Notes: a model not told the origin generated them from the letters alone. Shown: positions 19,778-29,692, numbered from the stretch's first letter. The stretch: DNA of 64,000 nucleotides from an uncultured Myxococcales bacterium (GCA_964368985.1 CAYJDW010000006.1:247-64246), one strand, 5' to 3'. Numbers and translations: made by a program.

Positions 19778-20785
19778 ATGCTCACTCAATGCTCTTCTTG
19801 TTCGGCGCCATTTTCTTGTGGCGCCTCAAACTTTTCTGAAGCCTGTTGGTGCACAGCTAAAGCTAAGGTTGCCATCGATCAAAACCAGGCCAGCTGCGTA
19901 TGCGAGCCTTGCTTGGAAAAACGCATCCAAAACTTAGGCGAATACTCAAGTTTTCGATTCATGCTCGCTTATCGGGGCACCCATTTCGCTGGTTTTCAGG
20001 CCCAGGCCGAACAACGCACTGTCGAGGGTGAATTTAAACGAGCCCTAAAAAGTATTATTCATCAAGATTTCGTTATTCAAGCAGCTGGTCGCACTGATTC
20101 TGGTGTGCACGCTCACGGCCAGGTTATTTCTGCTCAATTTTTCACGCGCATGAGTTTAAGACAGTTAAGTTTAGCTCTCGCCACCAAACTCCCTCACGAT
20201 ATGGCAGTGTGGCGCATCGATAAAATGCCCGGAGCCTTTGATGCTCGTCGACAAAGCATCGGCAAACAATATATTTACCGTATCGCTCAATCTTTAGTAG
20301 TTGATCCTTTTGTGCGTGAACAAGTGTGGCACATTCGAGGCCACCTCGATGTCGAATCGATGCGCGATGCTGCCAAATATTTGGTGGGTGAGCACGATTT
20401 TCATAGCTTTCGATCAAGTCTCTGCGGCGCTGCTCATGCGGTGCGTTATTTGTGGCACCTTAGCGTTATGGAGCGTGGAGATCTCCTTGAAATCGATGTG
20501 CGGGGCAATGCCTTTTGCCTCAACATGGTGCGAATAATTGTCGGTACTTTGGTGGATGTGGGACGTGGAAAAATCCAGGCTCCCGCTATTGAACAAATCC
20601 TTTTAGCGAAAGACCGCAATCGCGCCGGGCGCACTGCCCCGGCTCAAGGCTTAAGCTTTAATAAGGTCTATTATCCCGATAATTTAACAGAAGCACAAAT
20701 TCCTCTTGGCGCCATTTTCCCTCGCTACCCGGTAACTAAAGAAAGCTGGCCTTTCGACAATACAGCCGTTTTATACGGCCCTTAA
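19778..20785 (+). CDS. truA: tRNA pseudouridine(38-40) synthase TruA with an N-terminal Cys-rich CWC-like extension of about 60 aa
   Basis: The TruA core contains 'AGRTDSGVHAHGQV'. The N-terminus is 'CSSCSAPFSCGASNFSEACWCTAKA…CVCEPC' (C..C…C……C.WC pattern). Confidence 0.8.
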   Translation: MLTQCSSCSAPFSCGASNFSEACWCTAKAKVAIDQNQASCVCEPCLEKRIQNLGEYSSFRFMLAYRGTHFAGFQAQAEQRTVEGEFKRALKSIIHQDFVIQAAGRTDSGVHAHGQVISAQFFTRMSLRQLSLALATKLPHDMAVWRIDKMPGAFDARRQSIGKQYIYRIAQSLVVDPFVREQVWHIRGHLDVESMRDAAKYLVGEHDFHSFRSSLCGAAHAVRYLWHLSVMERGDLLEIDVRGNAFCLNMVRIIVGTLVDVGRGKIQAPAIEQILLAKDRNRAGRTAPAQGLSFNKVYYPDNLTEAQIPLGAIFPRYPVTKESWPFDNTAVLYGP

Positions 20786-20890
20786 GCCAATTAAGTGGTA
20801 TGCCCCTTGCTCCACTATTTTCATCTCCCAATCAACAGTTTAATCCCACAAGCATCATCAACCGTCGTGATGAAAAAGGCTTAGGGATTT

Positions 20891-21124
20891 ATGCTTGGGG
20901 TTGGTTTTTCTGAAATCGTTATCATTGCACTAGTATGTTTTATCGCGCTTGGCCCCAAACAATTGCCCATGGTTATGCGCAAACTTGCAGGTTTCTACCG
21001 CCAATTCACCAGCCTGCGCGATGAGTTAAAATTTCAAATCCTAAGCGCGGATCGGGAACCTGAAATATCTCAAAAAGCTGAACCAGAACAAAAACAACTC
21101 GCGAGCAAAGAAAAAAATGGATGA
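20891..21124 (+). CDS. tatA: Twin-arginine translocase subunit TatA/E
   Basis: 'FSEIVIIALVCFIALGPKQLP' is the TatA signature. The protein is 77 aa. Confidence 0.8.
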   Translation: MLGVGFSEIVIIALVCFIALGPKQLPMVMRKLAGFYRQFTSLRDELKFQILSADREPEISQKAEPEQKQLASKEKNG

Positions 21125-21860
21125 GAAAGAGCAGCCACTATTAACTCATTTGGCAGAACTAAGAACTTCGGTAGTGCGGGCTATCATTGGTCTATTTATT
21201 GCAATGGTTATTTCTTATTTCTTCGTCGACCACATCATGTTTTGGTTGAAAAAACCCATGATGGATATCATGCCGGACCATTCTAGTTTTGTCGTATTGT
21301 CGCCTCAAGAATATTTCTTTACCGAACTTAAAGCTGCCTTGTTTTTTGGCTTTATCATCGCCATGCCATGGGTTTTTATTCAGCTTTGGCATTTTATTTC
21401 ACCCGGGCTTTATAAACATGAGCGCCGCATGCTCGTTCTTTTCGTGTGTGCAGCCAGCTTTTGTTTTCTCTTAGGCACCTTATTTGCTTATTTTTTGGTC
21501 TTTCCGCCGACATTCAAGTTCTTTCTCGAAACTCTTCCCGCAGGGGTAACCGGCAGCTATTCCATCAGCATGCTTTATGGTTTTGCTATTACTTTACTGT
21601 TGGCATTTGGTGTGGTCTTTCAAACCCCGATTGCGGTGTTTTTACTCGTCTATTTTGATCTGGTTCCCTTGGAAACTTTTACCAGTTATCGACGGGTAGT
21701 CTTTGTAGGCGCTTTTATTGTGGGGGCTATTTTAACGCCGCCTGATCCCATCACGCAAATAATGCTTGCCATACCTACTTATTTGCTGTTCGAGCTCGGT
21801 CTTTTGTGCGCGCGGCTCGCTACTAAAAAACGGGGCGAGGAATCGTCATTACCGGCATAG
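21117..21860 (+). CDS. tatC: Twin-arginine translocase subunit TatC
   Basis: A 6-TM protein with N-terminal 'LTHLAELRTSVVRAIIGLFIAMVISY'. It overlaps tatA by 8 nt. Confidence 0.85.
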   Translation: MDEKEQPLLTHLAELRTSVVRAIIGLFIAMVISYFFVDHIMFWLKKPMMDIMPDHSSFVVLSPQEYFFTELKAALFFGFIIAMPWVFIQLWHFISPGLYKHERRMLVLFVCAASFCFLLGTLFAYFLVFPPTFKFFLETLPAGVTGSYSISMLYGFAITLLLAFGVVFQTPIAVFLLVYFDLVPLETFTSYRRVVFVGAFIVGAILTPPDPITQIMLAIPTYLLFELGLLCARLATKKRGEESSLPA

Positions 21861-21874
21861 TGCGATTGCGTGTG

Positions 21875-21900
21875 GATTGCCGCGCTACGCTCGCAATGAC
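21875..21900. repeat. Short REP-like palindromic motif (copy 2): gattgccgcgctacgctcgcaatgac
   Basis: Matches 16878..16903. It lies between the convergent tatC and miaB 3' ends. Confidence 0.5.
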
Positions 21901-21927
21901 GATGAATTGGGCGGGAGGGCGCGCCGG

Positions 21928-23382
21928 CTAAATCGCGAGGACACCACCTAAAGACAAGGCTCGTGCGCTGTCAACTTTAACGTTGACCATTTGTCCAATC
22001 AAGGTCGAAGGCCCTGAGAAGTGAACAATATGATCACCAGCGGTGCGGCCGAGTAAGCGGATGCTGGCGGATTTACTACGCAGCTGTATCAATGCATCGC
22101 TTTCAGGATCAAGCTTTGACTCGCCTTCGCATAAAACTGGAAAAGTCTTATCAATCATTGCCAAATGGTGCTCGAGCGCGATTTCTTTCTGTAAGTTAAG
22201 CATGATATTATGACGAGATTTTTTCATTTCCATCGTCACATCGTCGCTAAAACGCTTTTGTGCCACGGTGTCGGGGCGGGGAGAATATTTAAAAATGAAG
22301 ACATTTTTAAAACGAACTTCGCGCAATAAAGCGAGCGATTGTTCAAAATCATCATCACTTTCCGTTGGAAAACCAACGATCATATCGCCCACGAGACTAA
22401 TATCTGGCATGCGGCTTTTGGCGCGTTCGATGAGCGACATATACGTCGCCAAATCATAACCGCGATTCATGTCGCGCAAAACTTTATCGCTTCCCGATTG
22501 GGCAGGAATGTGCAAGTAGCGACAAATGCGTTCGCAATCTCTCATGACATCGAGCGCTTCATCGGTAAAATCACGAGGATAACTGGTGAGAAAACGCAAG
22601 CGTTTTAAATCAGGGATTTGCTCGTGAATCTGAAAAAGTAAGTCGGCAAAGGACCATTTTTTAGGACCGTCGAAAAAATAATGATTGATGGTTTGTCCTA
22701 AAAGCGTCACTTCCTTAACGCCACTTCCCACCAAACGCTTAACCTCTTCAATAATAGATTCAGGCTGGCGATGCATTTCAGGCCCGCGTGTCCGGGGAAC
22801 CACACAAAATGAACAAAATTTATTGCAGCCACGAGTGATGCGGACATAAGCTTGCGAATTTTGAGGGCGGGCCCCCAAAAGCCGGCCAGAATCGAGCGCT
22901 TCCAGGTCGTCGAGGGGCGACATGGTCGCGGATTCGCTAAGCCCTTTTCGCTTCACGAAATAAGACAAACTGGTGAGAGTTTTTTGCTTTTTTTCATGAT
23001 TAAATGCGGCTTCGATCAAAGCTTTGGTGTCGTGAATTTTACTCGGGCCTACCATTACATCGATAAAAGGGCGTTTCTTGGCAAGTTGATCATGAGCGCG
23101 CTCAGCCATGCAGCCCAATACGCCGACGACAACTTTTTCGCCTTTATCCTTGCGCTCTTTCACAATACCGAGACGGCTCAAAACTTTTTGCTCACTTAAA
23201 TCACGCACTGAACACGTGTTGAGCAAAACAACATTAGCTTCTTCGGGGGTGCTCACAAAACTATGGCCAGAGGCGAGGAATTGATCTTCCACCAGCTCTG
23301 AGTCCAAAATATTCATTTGGCAGCCAAAAGTCTCAAGAAAAACCCGCATTTTTGCGGGTTTGGAACTACTATTTTCGGGCAT
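21928..23382 (-). CDS. miaB: tRNA-i6A37 methylthiotransferase MiaB (radical SAM MTTase with TRAM domain)
   Basis: The sequence contains 'FLETFGCQMN', the radical-SAM motif 'CNKFCSFCVVP' and a C-terminal TRAM domain. The start is placed at MPENSS… just after the tig stop; the ATG at 23349 is an alternative. Confidence 0.8.
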   Translation of the reverse strand: MPENSSSKPAKMRVFLETFGCQMNILDSELVEDQFLASGHSFVSTPEEANVVLLNTCSVRDLSEQKVLSRLGIVKERKDKGEKVVVGVLGCMAERAHDQLAKKRPFIDVMVGPSKIHDTKALIEAAFNHEKKQKTLTSLSYFVKRKGLSESATMSPLDDLEALDSGRLLGARPQNSQAYVRITRGCNKFCSFCVVPRTRGPEMHRQPESIIEEVKRLVGSGVKEVTLLGQTINHYFFDGPKKWSFADLLFQIHEQIPDLKRLRFLTSYPRDFTDEALDVMRDCERICRYLHIPAQSGSDKVLRDMNRGYDLATYMSLIERAKSRMPDISLVGDMIVGFPTESDDDFEQSLALLREVRFKNVFIFKYSPRPDTVAQKRFSDDVTMEMKKSRHNIMLNLQKEIALEHHLAMIDKTFPVLCEGESKLDPESDALIQLRSKSASIRLLGRTAGDHIVHFSGPSTLIGQMVNVKVDSARALSLGGVLAI

Positions 23383-23383
23383 T

Positions 23384-24661
23384 TTAGTTACCTTTTTTAA
23401 ACAAAGGCTCCTCCACCACTGTGGCTGTGGAGGATTTTTCAATAACATTTAAGATTTTTTCGACTTGAATAGTATAAAGCGCGTCGTCACGACTAATTTC
23501 TTTCATTTTCTTAACACGTTCAGAAATTTCTTCATCACTGGCGACCACTGACATTTTTTTAATCAGCTCTTCTAATAAAAGTTCCGCCTTAACTCTAAAA
23601 GTCGCTCTCGCTTCAACCGAACGCCAGAGCTCTTGCCAATGGTTTTTCACCACATCTTCAGCTACTTTTTCTTGCATGGTTTCTAGTTCACGATTGATCA
23701 TGGACATCGCCATTTTTTCCACCATTACTGGAGGAACTTCAAGCGGATTTTGATCTACGAGAGCTTTAGTAATGGCATCTTGACGATAATATTCATCACG
23801 ACGCTTCGCGGTGATCGTGAAGCGAGTTTTGATTGAATCCTTCACGTCATCAAGGCTAGTAAATTTTTCGGATAAATCTTTAGCGAATTCGTCATCAAGG
23901 GCAGGCAGCATGCGCTCTTTAAAAGCCTTGATGGTGAGAAGCATTTCACACTCTTTACCTTTAATCGCGTCATCTTGGTGATCGCTTGGCATGGTGTATT
24001 TCACCGACGCTTTTTCGCCAACCTTTTTCCCGATCAAGGATTCTTTCAAATCAGCCGGTACGTTCTCGGCAAACAAAGGAACTGAATAATCTTGATGGCT
24101 ATAATCTTTGTTCATCACGCCGTCGATCAATACGTCGCTATCACATTCAACGAGATCATTAGCAGAGATTTCCGAGCGATCTTTAGGCTCTTGAAAAGTA
24201 GCCATGCTTTCACGGATGGAGTTGAGCTCATCCATGATGTCGTCGTCGCTAAAAGTGAATTTTTTGAATTCAATCGCGAGTCCTTCAAATTTTTCCACAG
24301 CAACTTTTGGTTTAACTTGGAAAATCGCGCGATAAATAAAAGCATTTTCTTTGTTTATTTCGCCTACTGGTTCAATTTTAGGCTTCGATACCGGAATCAA
24401 TTCTTGATTTTTGCAGGCATCAGCAAAGCTTTTTTCAATGAGGCTTTCCACGAGATCTTGTTTGATTTTCGCGCCAAAAAAGCTCATGACCATGTTAGCT
24501 GGCATTTTGCCTGGTCTAAAGCCGGGGCGGGTCGCCACTCGCTGAACTTTAGTGAAGGTTTTTTTAAACTCGTTGCCCACCACTGCGCTCGGAATAGTGA
24601 CGGTAAGTTCTCGTTCATGCTCGGAAGTAGAGGTCATAGTCAAATTTTCAATCACATTCAT
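23384..24661 (-). CDS. tig: Trigger factor
   Basis: '…QRVATRPGFRPGKMPANMV…' is the trigger-factor N-domain signature. PPIase and C-terminal domains are present. Confidence 0.85.
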   Translation of the reverse strand: MNVIENLTMTSTSEHERELTVTIPSAVVGNEFKKTFTKVQRVATRPGFRPGKMPANMVMSFFGAKIKQDLVESLIEKSFADACKNQELIPVSKPKIEPVGEINKENAFIYRAIFQVKPKVAVEKFEGLAIEFKKFTFSDDDIMDELNSIRESMATFQEPKDRSEISANDLVECDSDVLIDGVMNKDYSHQDYSVPLFAENVPADLKESLIGKKVGEKASVKYTMPSDHQDDAIKGKECEMLLTIKAFKERMLPALDDEFAKDLSEKFTSLDDVKDSIKTRFTITAKRRDEYYRQDAITKALVDQNPLEVPPVMVEKMAMSMINRELETMQEKVAEDVVKNHWQELWRSVEARATFRVKAELLLEELIKKMSVVASDEEISERVKKMKEISRDDALYTIQVEKILNVIEKSSTATVVEEPLFKKGN

Positions 24662-24716
24662 TTGATCACCCTAAAGTTGATTGGCCAGGATTTTTTTAGC
24701 TTTAATACGGTAGTAA

Positions 24717-24801
24717 TGGTGCGAGCGAAGGGAATCGAACCCCCACGGGTTGCCCCGCTGGAACCTAAATCCAGTGCGTCTACCAGTTCCGCCACGCTCG
24801 C
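24717..24801 (-). tRNA. tRNA-Leu (anticodon TAG), class II tRNA with a long variable arm and encoded CCA
   Basis: The reverse strand reads GCGAGCGTGGCGGAACTGGTAGACGCACTGGATTTAGGTTCCAGCGGGGCAACCCGTGGGGGTTCGATTCCCTTCGCTCGCACCA. It has a 7-bp acceptor stem, a D-arm, an anticodon loop TTTAGGT, a long variable arm and a T-loop TTCGATT. Confidence 0.85.
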
Positions 24802-24951
24802 TTAGGTCCAAATTTCGTTAGAATCAGGCTAGCAAAGACCGAGAAGCTTGGCTAGTGGGAGCGAGTCTCGTTGAAAGCTTTTCTTTGAGAAATTATGTCC
24901 GCCCGCCCCATATGTAGTTATATTTAATAAGGATTTCATGCGGGGGTACTT

Positions 24952-27210
24952 ATGGCGTGGGTGTCGGACTTTTTATCAAATATTGCAGGAGCTCGGGCCG
25001 ATTTATTCAAAGAGAGCCAATCGATTCTTAGTTTCGAGAATTATTTGAAGGAAGTGGCCAAAAAGCCTGAGTTTCATCTGCGGGACAGCGCCCAATATTT
25101 TAACGATATGATCGAAAGTTTTGGTACCTATCAGGTGCCTACTCCTATTAAACAACTTAAGCGTTATCGAATATTTGATGCTGAATATGCAGGAGGCGAG
25201 GGGCGCGTTTTTGGGCAGGAACAAGTTGCTTTTGCTATTATCGCCCAAATTAAAAACTTTGTCCGCGCGGGAAGGGTGGATAAGCTGTTATTGCTGCATG
25301 GGCCGAACGGCTCAGCGAAGACCACTATTGTCCAAGCTCTGGCGAAAGCTGCGGAAGTCTATTCTGCCCAAGATGACGGCGCTATTTATGAATTTTCTTG
25401 GGTTTTTCCCAACAAAGAAAGTATTTCGGGCTCATTAGGCTTTAGCAAAGTCGGCATGGCGAAATCGGGGAGCTATGCCCATTTGCCCGATGATGCCATC
25501 GATGCGCAAATAAGTTCAGATCAGTCAGATCACCCTCTTTTATTGCTCTCACTAAAAGAGCGGCAAGAACTTTTTAAGCAGATCAAGCTTGACTCTCCTA
25601 GTGATATAAAAATCCCCGCCATTTTAGAGATGGGCGATCTTAGTCATAAAAATCGCCAAATTTATGATTCATTGCTCTCCACTTATGGGGGCAATTTAAC
25701 CGAAGTTTTTCGTCATATTCGGGTGGAGCGTTTTTATTATTCTCGTCGTTATAAAAAGGGCATGTCGGTAGTTGAACCGCAAATGAGCGTGGATGCTTTT
25801 GTTCGTCAAGTTACCAGCGATCAATCGCTGCAATCCCTGCCCAGTTCCCTGCGACATTTGTCACTTTTTGAAGTTATGGGACCTTTGGTCGAAGCCAATC
25901 GAGGGTTGATCGAATACAGCGATTTATTAAAACGGCCCATCGATGCCTGGAAATATTTGTTAGTGGCGTGCGAGCAAGCTCAGGTCAGCGCCGGGCATTT
26001 GTCGCTCTTTTTTGATCTCTTGCTCATAGCTACCTCCAATGAATTGCACATGAGCGGTTTTAAAGAATATCCAGACTGGCCCTCATTTAAGGGGCGCATT
26101 GAGCTTATTAAAGTGCCCTATTTGTTAAGCTCAAAAGACGAAGAGGGCATCTATCAAAATCAAATACCGAAAGCCTTAAATGGTGTTCATATTGCACCCC
26201 ATGCCATCGCCATGGCTGCGCGATGGGCGGTTTTAACGCGGCTTGAACCTCCTTCAGTACAAAAATATCCCAACAGTCTGCAAGAGATTATTCGTGACCT
26301 CTCTCCTGATGAAAAATTGGATTTATACGATTTTGGCGACGTGCCTTTAAGATTAAGTCAACGTCAAGCTCGAGAGCTCAGGGCACAGATCCCCGAACTT
26401 GCTCATGAATATCACAATGAAGCAAATTACGAGGGCCGCCATGGCGCTTCTCCTCGAGAAGTGCGCAGCCTCATTCTTAATGCGGCGCAGGATTCGCGCT
26501 TTGATCATCTTTCGCCCGGGGCAGTTTTTGGGGAAATCGAGCTCCTCATCGAGCAAAAATCCAGCTATGAATTTTTGCGCCGTGAGGCCATTCGAGGCTA
26601 TCGTGATGCGCATTTTCTTCTCGAATTGGTAAAACGACATTATTTGCGCATTTTAGAAGACGAAGCGCGCACGGCACTTGGGCTATACGCCAAAGAATCA
26701 TACGAAGACTTATTTAAACGCTATATCAATCATGTTTCCGCGTGGACCAAAAAAGAACGATTGGTGGACCCCCTGGTGGGCCGTAGCGCGGAGGCCGATG
26801 GTGCGTTTATGAATAAAATCGAAGCTAAATTTTTGGCCGCCAATGAATCAAATGAAGAGTTTAGACGTCAATTAATTTCTCAAATTGGTGCCTATAAACT
26901 GGAAAATCCCAACTTGGATTTAGATTATCGCCTAATTTTTTCTTCTCATCTAAAACGTCTAAAAGAGAGCGTTTATGCTGAACAGCGGGATGTTGTAGAG
27001 CGCATTGTGGCCGCTTTCTTACGTCTGATGGATGGCGATAAAGCTGGTCTCGACGAGCGCGAAGTCAATCACGCACTGGCTCTGAAAACTGGACTCTTGG
27101 GTTTAGGATATCAAGAATCAAGTGCACGCTGGGCGATGGCTTATTATATGAAAAAAACCTTGGCGGTGGATGGGCATAAAGATCAGCAGTCAAGCTTTAA
27201 CTTAGGCTGA
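24952..27210 (+). CDS. prkA: PrkA-family serine protein kinase (YeaG-like; AAA-type P-loop plus kinase-like C-domain)
   Basis: 'RVDKLLLLHGPNGSAKTTIVQAL…DDGAIYEF' and 'IAPHAIAMAARWAVLTRLEPP' parallel B. subtilis PrkA / E. coli YeaG. Confidence 0.75.
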   Translation: MAWVSDFLSNIAGARADLFKESQSILSFENYLKEVAKKPEFHLRDSAQYFNDMIESFGTYQVPTPIKQLKRYRIFDAEYAGGEGRVFGQEQVAFAIIAQIKNFVRAGRVDKLLLLHGPNGSAKTTIVQALAKAAEVYSAQDDGAIYEFSWVFPNKESISGSLGFSKVGMAKSGSYAHLPDDAIDAQISSDQSDHPLLLLSLKERQELFKQIKLDSPSDIKIPAILEMGDLSHKNRQIYDSLLSTYGGNLTEVFRHIRVERFYYSRRYKKGMSVVEPQMSVDAFVRQVTSDQSLQSLPSSLRHLSLFEVMGPLVEANRGLIEYSDLLKRPIDAWKYLLVACEQAQVSAGHLSLFFDLLLIATSNELHMSGFKEYPDWPSFKGRIELIKVPYLLSSKDEEGIYQNQIPKALNGVHIAPHAIAMAARWAVLTRLEPPSVQKYPNSLQEIIRDLSPDEKLDLYDFGDVPLRLSQRQARELRAQIPELAHEYHNEANYEGRHGASPREVRSLILNAAQDSRFDHLSPGAVFGEIELLIEQKSSYEFLRREAIRGYRDAHFLLELVKRHYLRILEDEARTALGLYAKESYEDLFKRYINHVSAWTKKERLVDPLVGRSAEADGAFMNKIEAKFLAANESNEEFRRQLISQIGAYKLENPNLDLDYRLIFSSHLKRLKESVYAEQRDVVERIVAAFLRLMDGDKAGLDEREVNHALALKTGLLGLGYQESSARWAMAYYMKKTLAVDGHKDQQSSFNLG

Positions 27211-27232
27211 AAATATCTTAAGGGGTGGGGAT

Positions 27233-28285
27233 ATGGGAAATATAAAAATAAAAATCGATGATATTAACGTCGCGTCATTTAAGCCGCTTATTACTCCAGA
27301 TGAAATTAGGAAAACTATATCCCTGCCCGACGCATCCGTTGCAACAGTCGTGCAATCTCGCGAGGCCATTGCCGCTATTCTTCAGGGCAGGGACCAACGA
27401 AAGATAATTATTATGGGCCCTTGCTCCATTCATGATCCGCGCTCGGCCTTGGAATATGCGACCAAGCTAAGGGCTCTGGCCGATGAGGTGGGCGAGAGCA
27501 TTTTGCTTGTGATGCGTGCCTATTTTGAAAAGCCTCGTACCACGGTGGGCTGGAAGGGTTTTATCAATGATCCAAGGCTCGATAACTCTTTTCAAATGAA
27601 TGAAGGCCTTCATCTCGCTCGCCAGTTATTGGTGGATATCACCCTCATGGGCGTGCCAGTGGCTACTGAAGCGCTCGATCCGATTACTCCCCAATATATT
27701 GCGGAGCTCATTTCTTGGACGGCTATTGGCGCCCGAACCACGGAATCACAAACTCATCGGGAATTATCTTCAGGGTTGTCTTCCCCTGTGGGTTTTAAGA
27801 ATAATACCGATGGTAATATTGAAGTGGCGATCAACGCTATTAAATCAGCGCAAAGGCCCCATCATTTTTTGGGCATTGATCAATTCGGTCAGACTTCCAT
27901 TGTGGCCACCAAGGGTAATCCCCACAGCCATTTGATTTTGCGGGGAGGTAAAGACCGGCCTAATTATGACAGTGCTTCGGTTCATCTGGCCCAAAAAGCA
28001 CTTAAAGATGCGGGACTTTCTGAGAGCATCATCATCGATTGTTCCCACGATAACTCTTTAAAGGATTATCGGCGTCAGCCAATTGTGTTTGAGGATTGTA
28101 TCCAGCAAATGGTGCAAGGGAATAAGCAAATAGCGGGGCTCATGTTGGAATCTCATTTATTCAAAGGTCAACAAGGTCTTAACCAAAGACTCGAATATGG
28201 CGTCTCCATCACCGATGGGTGCATTGGTTTTGATGAATCAGCGGCGCTGATCCATCAAGCTCATCGACATTTGTCGAGGAAATAA
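27233..28285 (+). CDS. 3-deoxy-7-phosphoheptulonate (DAHP) synthase, class I
   Basis: 'IIMGPCSIHDPRSALEYA…LVMRAYFEKPRTTVGWKG' is the class-I AroF/G/H signature. Confidence 0.85.
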   Translation: MGNIKIKIDDINVASFKPLITPDEIRKTISLPDASVATVVQSREAIAAILQGRDQRKIIIMGPCSIHDPRSALEYATKLRALADEVGESILLVMRAYFEKPRTTVGWKGFINDPRLDNSFQMNEGLHLARQLLVDITLMGVPVATEALDPITPQYIAELISWTAIGARTTESQTHRELSSGLSSPVGFKNNTDGNIEVAINAIKSAQRPHHFLGIDQFGQTSIVATKGNPHSHLILRGGKDRPNYDSASVHLAQKALKDAGLSESIIIDCSHDNSLKDYRRQPIVFEDCIQQMVQGNKQIAGLMLESHLFKGQQGLNQRLEYGVSITDGCIGFDESAALIHQAHRHLSRK

Positions 28286-28290
28286 TTTTT

Positions 28291-29181
28291 ATGGGCAAAA
28301 ATCATGACCATGGTCATAGCAAACAAGGTCCTACCACTAAAGTAATAATAGTCCTCCTTTTGACCGCGACCTACATGGTGGCAGAAGCCTTCGGCGGCTA
28401 TTTTAGTAATTCCTTATCGCTCATGGCTGATGCAGGCCACATGTTGGCCGACGTCGCTGCGCTGTTAATTTCTTTAGGTGCTTTTTATCTCGCGGCTCGC
28501 CCGCCCAATAGTCAGGCCACCTTTGGCTATCATCGCGCCGAGGTAATCGCGGCCCTATTTAATGGCATGGCTTTATTGGTGGTGTCTTTCTTTATCATCA
28601 AAGAAGCAGTGAATCGTTTCTTCGAAGCCCCGGAAATCGAAACTACGACGATGATGACGGTGGCCCTAGGCGGCCTTTTCATTAATCTGATATCGCTCTT
28701 TATTCTTCACAAAGATAAAAGCCATAACATCAATCTACGTGGCGCATGGCTTCATGTTATGTCCGATACTCTAGGAAGTATTGGCGTGGTTTCTTCGGGG
28801 CTGTTAATTTATCTTTTCGGCTGGACCATGGCTGATCCGGTGGCATCTATTATTATTGCCAGCCTCATTTCCTATTCAGCGCTTCATTTGATTTTTGATA
28901 CATTAAAAGTTCTTATGGAGCATGTTCCTAGCCATATAAACCCTCACGCTGTTAGCGAAGAAATTTTATCCATTCCAGCCGCGATTCGAATTCATGACCT
29001 GCATATCTGGAGTATTACGTCAGGAAAAGATGCATTATCAGTGCACGTTGTTGCTCAGGAGGGGGCTAATTATAATCAATTACTGCATGATGTTCAGCAG
29101 ATACTTACTATTAAATTTGGTATTGATCATGCGACGATTCAGATTGAGAATCAGTGTCCGGCGCCGGATAAGACGTGTTAG
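28291..29181 (+). CDS. Cation diffusion facilitator family transporter (CzcD/ZitB-like)
   Basis: The protein has a His-rich N-terminus, 6 TM helices and a C-terminal CDF domain, with 'HMLADVAALLISL'. Confidence 0.8.
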   Translation: MGKNHDHGHSKQGPTTKVIIVLLLTATYMVAEAFGGYFSNSLSLMADAGHMLADVAALLISLGAFYLAARPPNSQATFGYHRAEVIAALFNGMALLVVSFFIIKEAVNRFFEAPEIETTTMMTVALGGLFINLISLFILHKDKSHNINLRGAWLHVMSDTLGSIGVVSSGLLIYLFGWTMADPVASIIIASLISYSALHLIFDTLKVLMEHVPSHINPHAVSEEILSIPAAIRIHDLHIWSITSGKDALSVHVVAQEGANYNQLLHDVQQILTIKFGIDHATIQIENQCPAPDKTC

Positions 29182-29210
29182 AAGTCGTCTTTAGAGAACT
29201 TTAAAAATCA

Positions 29211-29345
29211 CCGCAACAACTCCTCGCCCGCTTGCGGGAGAGGCTAGGGAAAGGGTGGAGACGCTGTTAGGATAGCAAAATGCGATGCCTTTTCGTAGCC
29301 CCACTCTCACCCCGAGCCCTCTCCCGTAAGCGGTCGAGGGAGTGG
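29211..29345. repeat. MITE/REP-like palindromic element, copy 1 (internal palindrome ctcctcgcccgcttgcgggagaggctaggg … ccctctcccgtaagcggtcgagggag)
   Basis: It shares a 40-50-bp core with the copies at 42613..42718 and 57194..57410, and lies between convergent 3' ends. Confidence 0.65.
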
Positions 29346-29401
29346 TATCGCTAAATCATTTTAGACAGGATTTTGCGAGCTAAATTTTGTTCAAAGAAAG
29401 C

Positions 29402-29558
29402 TTATTTAGCCGCTTTCTCATCTTCAGGCTTAGCCGTACCAAAAAGCTCTTCTTGCGAACGGCTAGAGCCGTGGTTTTCGAGCTTGTTCTTACGTTTACG
29501 GCCCATTTTTTTAACTTTATTTACACGAATCACACAGGTTTGCGCTGTTTTTGAAACC
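29402..29558 (-). CDS. Candidate small basic protein (51 aa; MVSKTAQTCVIRVNKVKKMGRKRKNKLENHGSSRSQEELFGTAKPEDEKAAK)
   Basis: An ATG lies 8 nt downstream of a GGAG RBS. The ORF is below the 60-aa cut-off of the track and its family is not recognised. Confidence 0.35.
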
Positions 29559-29692
29559 ATTTTTTTTCTCCATCAAATTTGAGAGACGGCCAACATGGCA
29601 GCCCTGGTGGCTTATGGCAAGACCTCACTTTTAGGTCCGCGAATAATTTTATAGGGCCACCGGATAAAACCGGCACAATTAAGAGATAACTC

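Noticed and set aside
21766-21951. 61-aa ORF '…PRYARNDDELGG…' between tatC and miaB
   Set aside because: It is the translation of the REP-like repeat and the intergenic spacer, the characteristic spurious peptide of this repeat family.
24092-24805. 237-aa plus-strand ORF overlapping tig and the tRNA-Leu
   Set aside because: It lies entirely antisense to the strongly supported trigger factor gene and runs through the tRNA. It has a low-complexity composition and no RBS, so it is a spurious shadow ORF.
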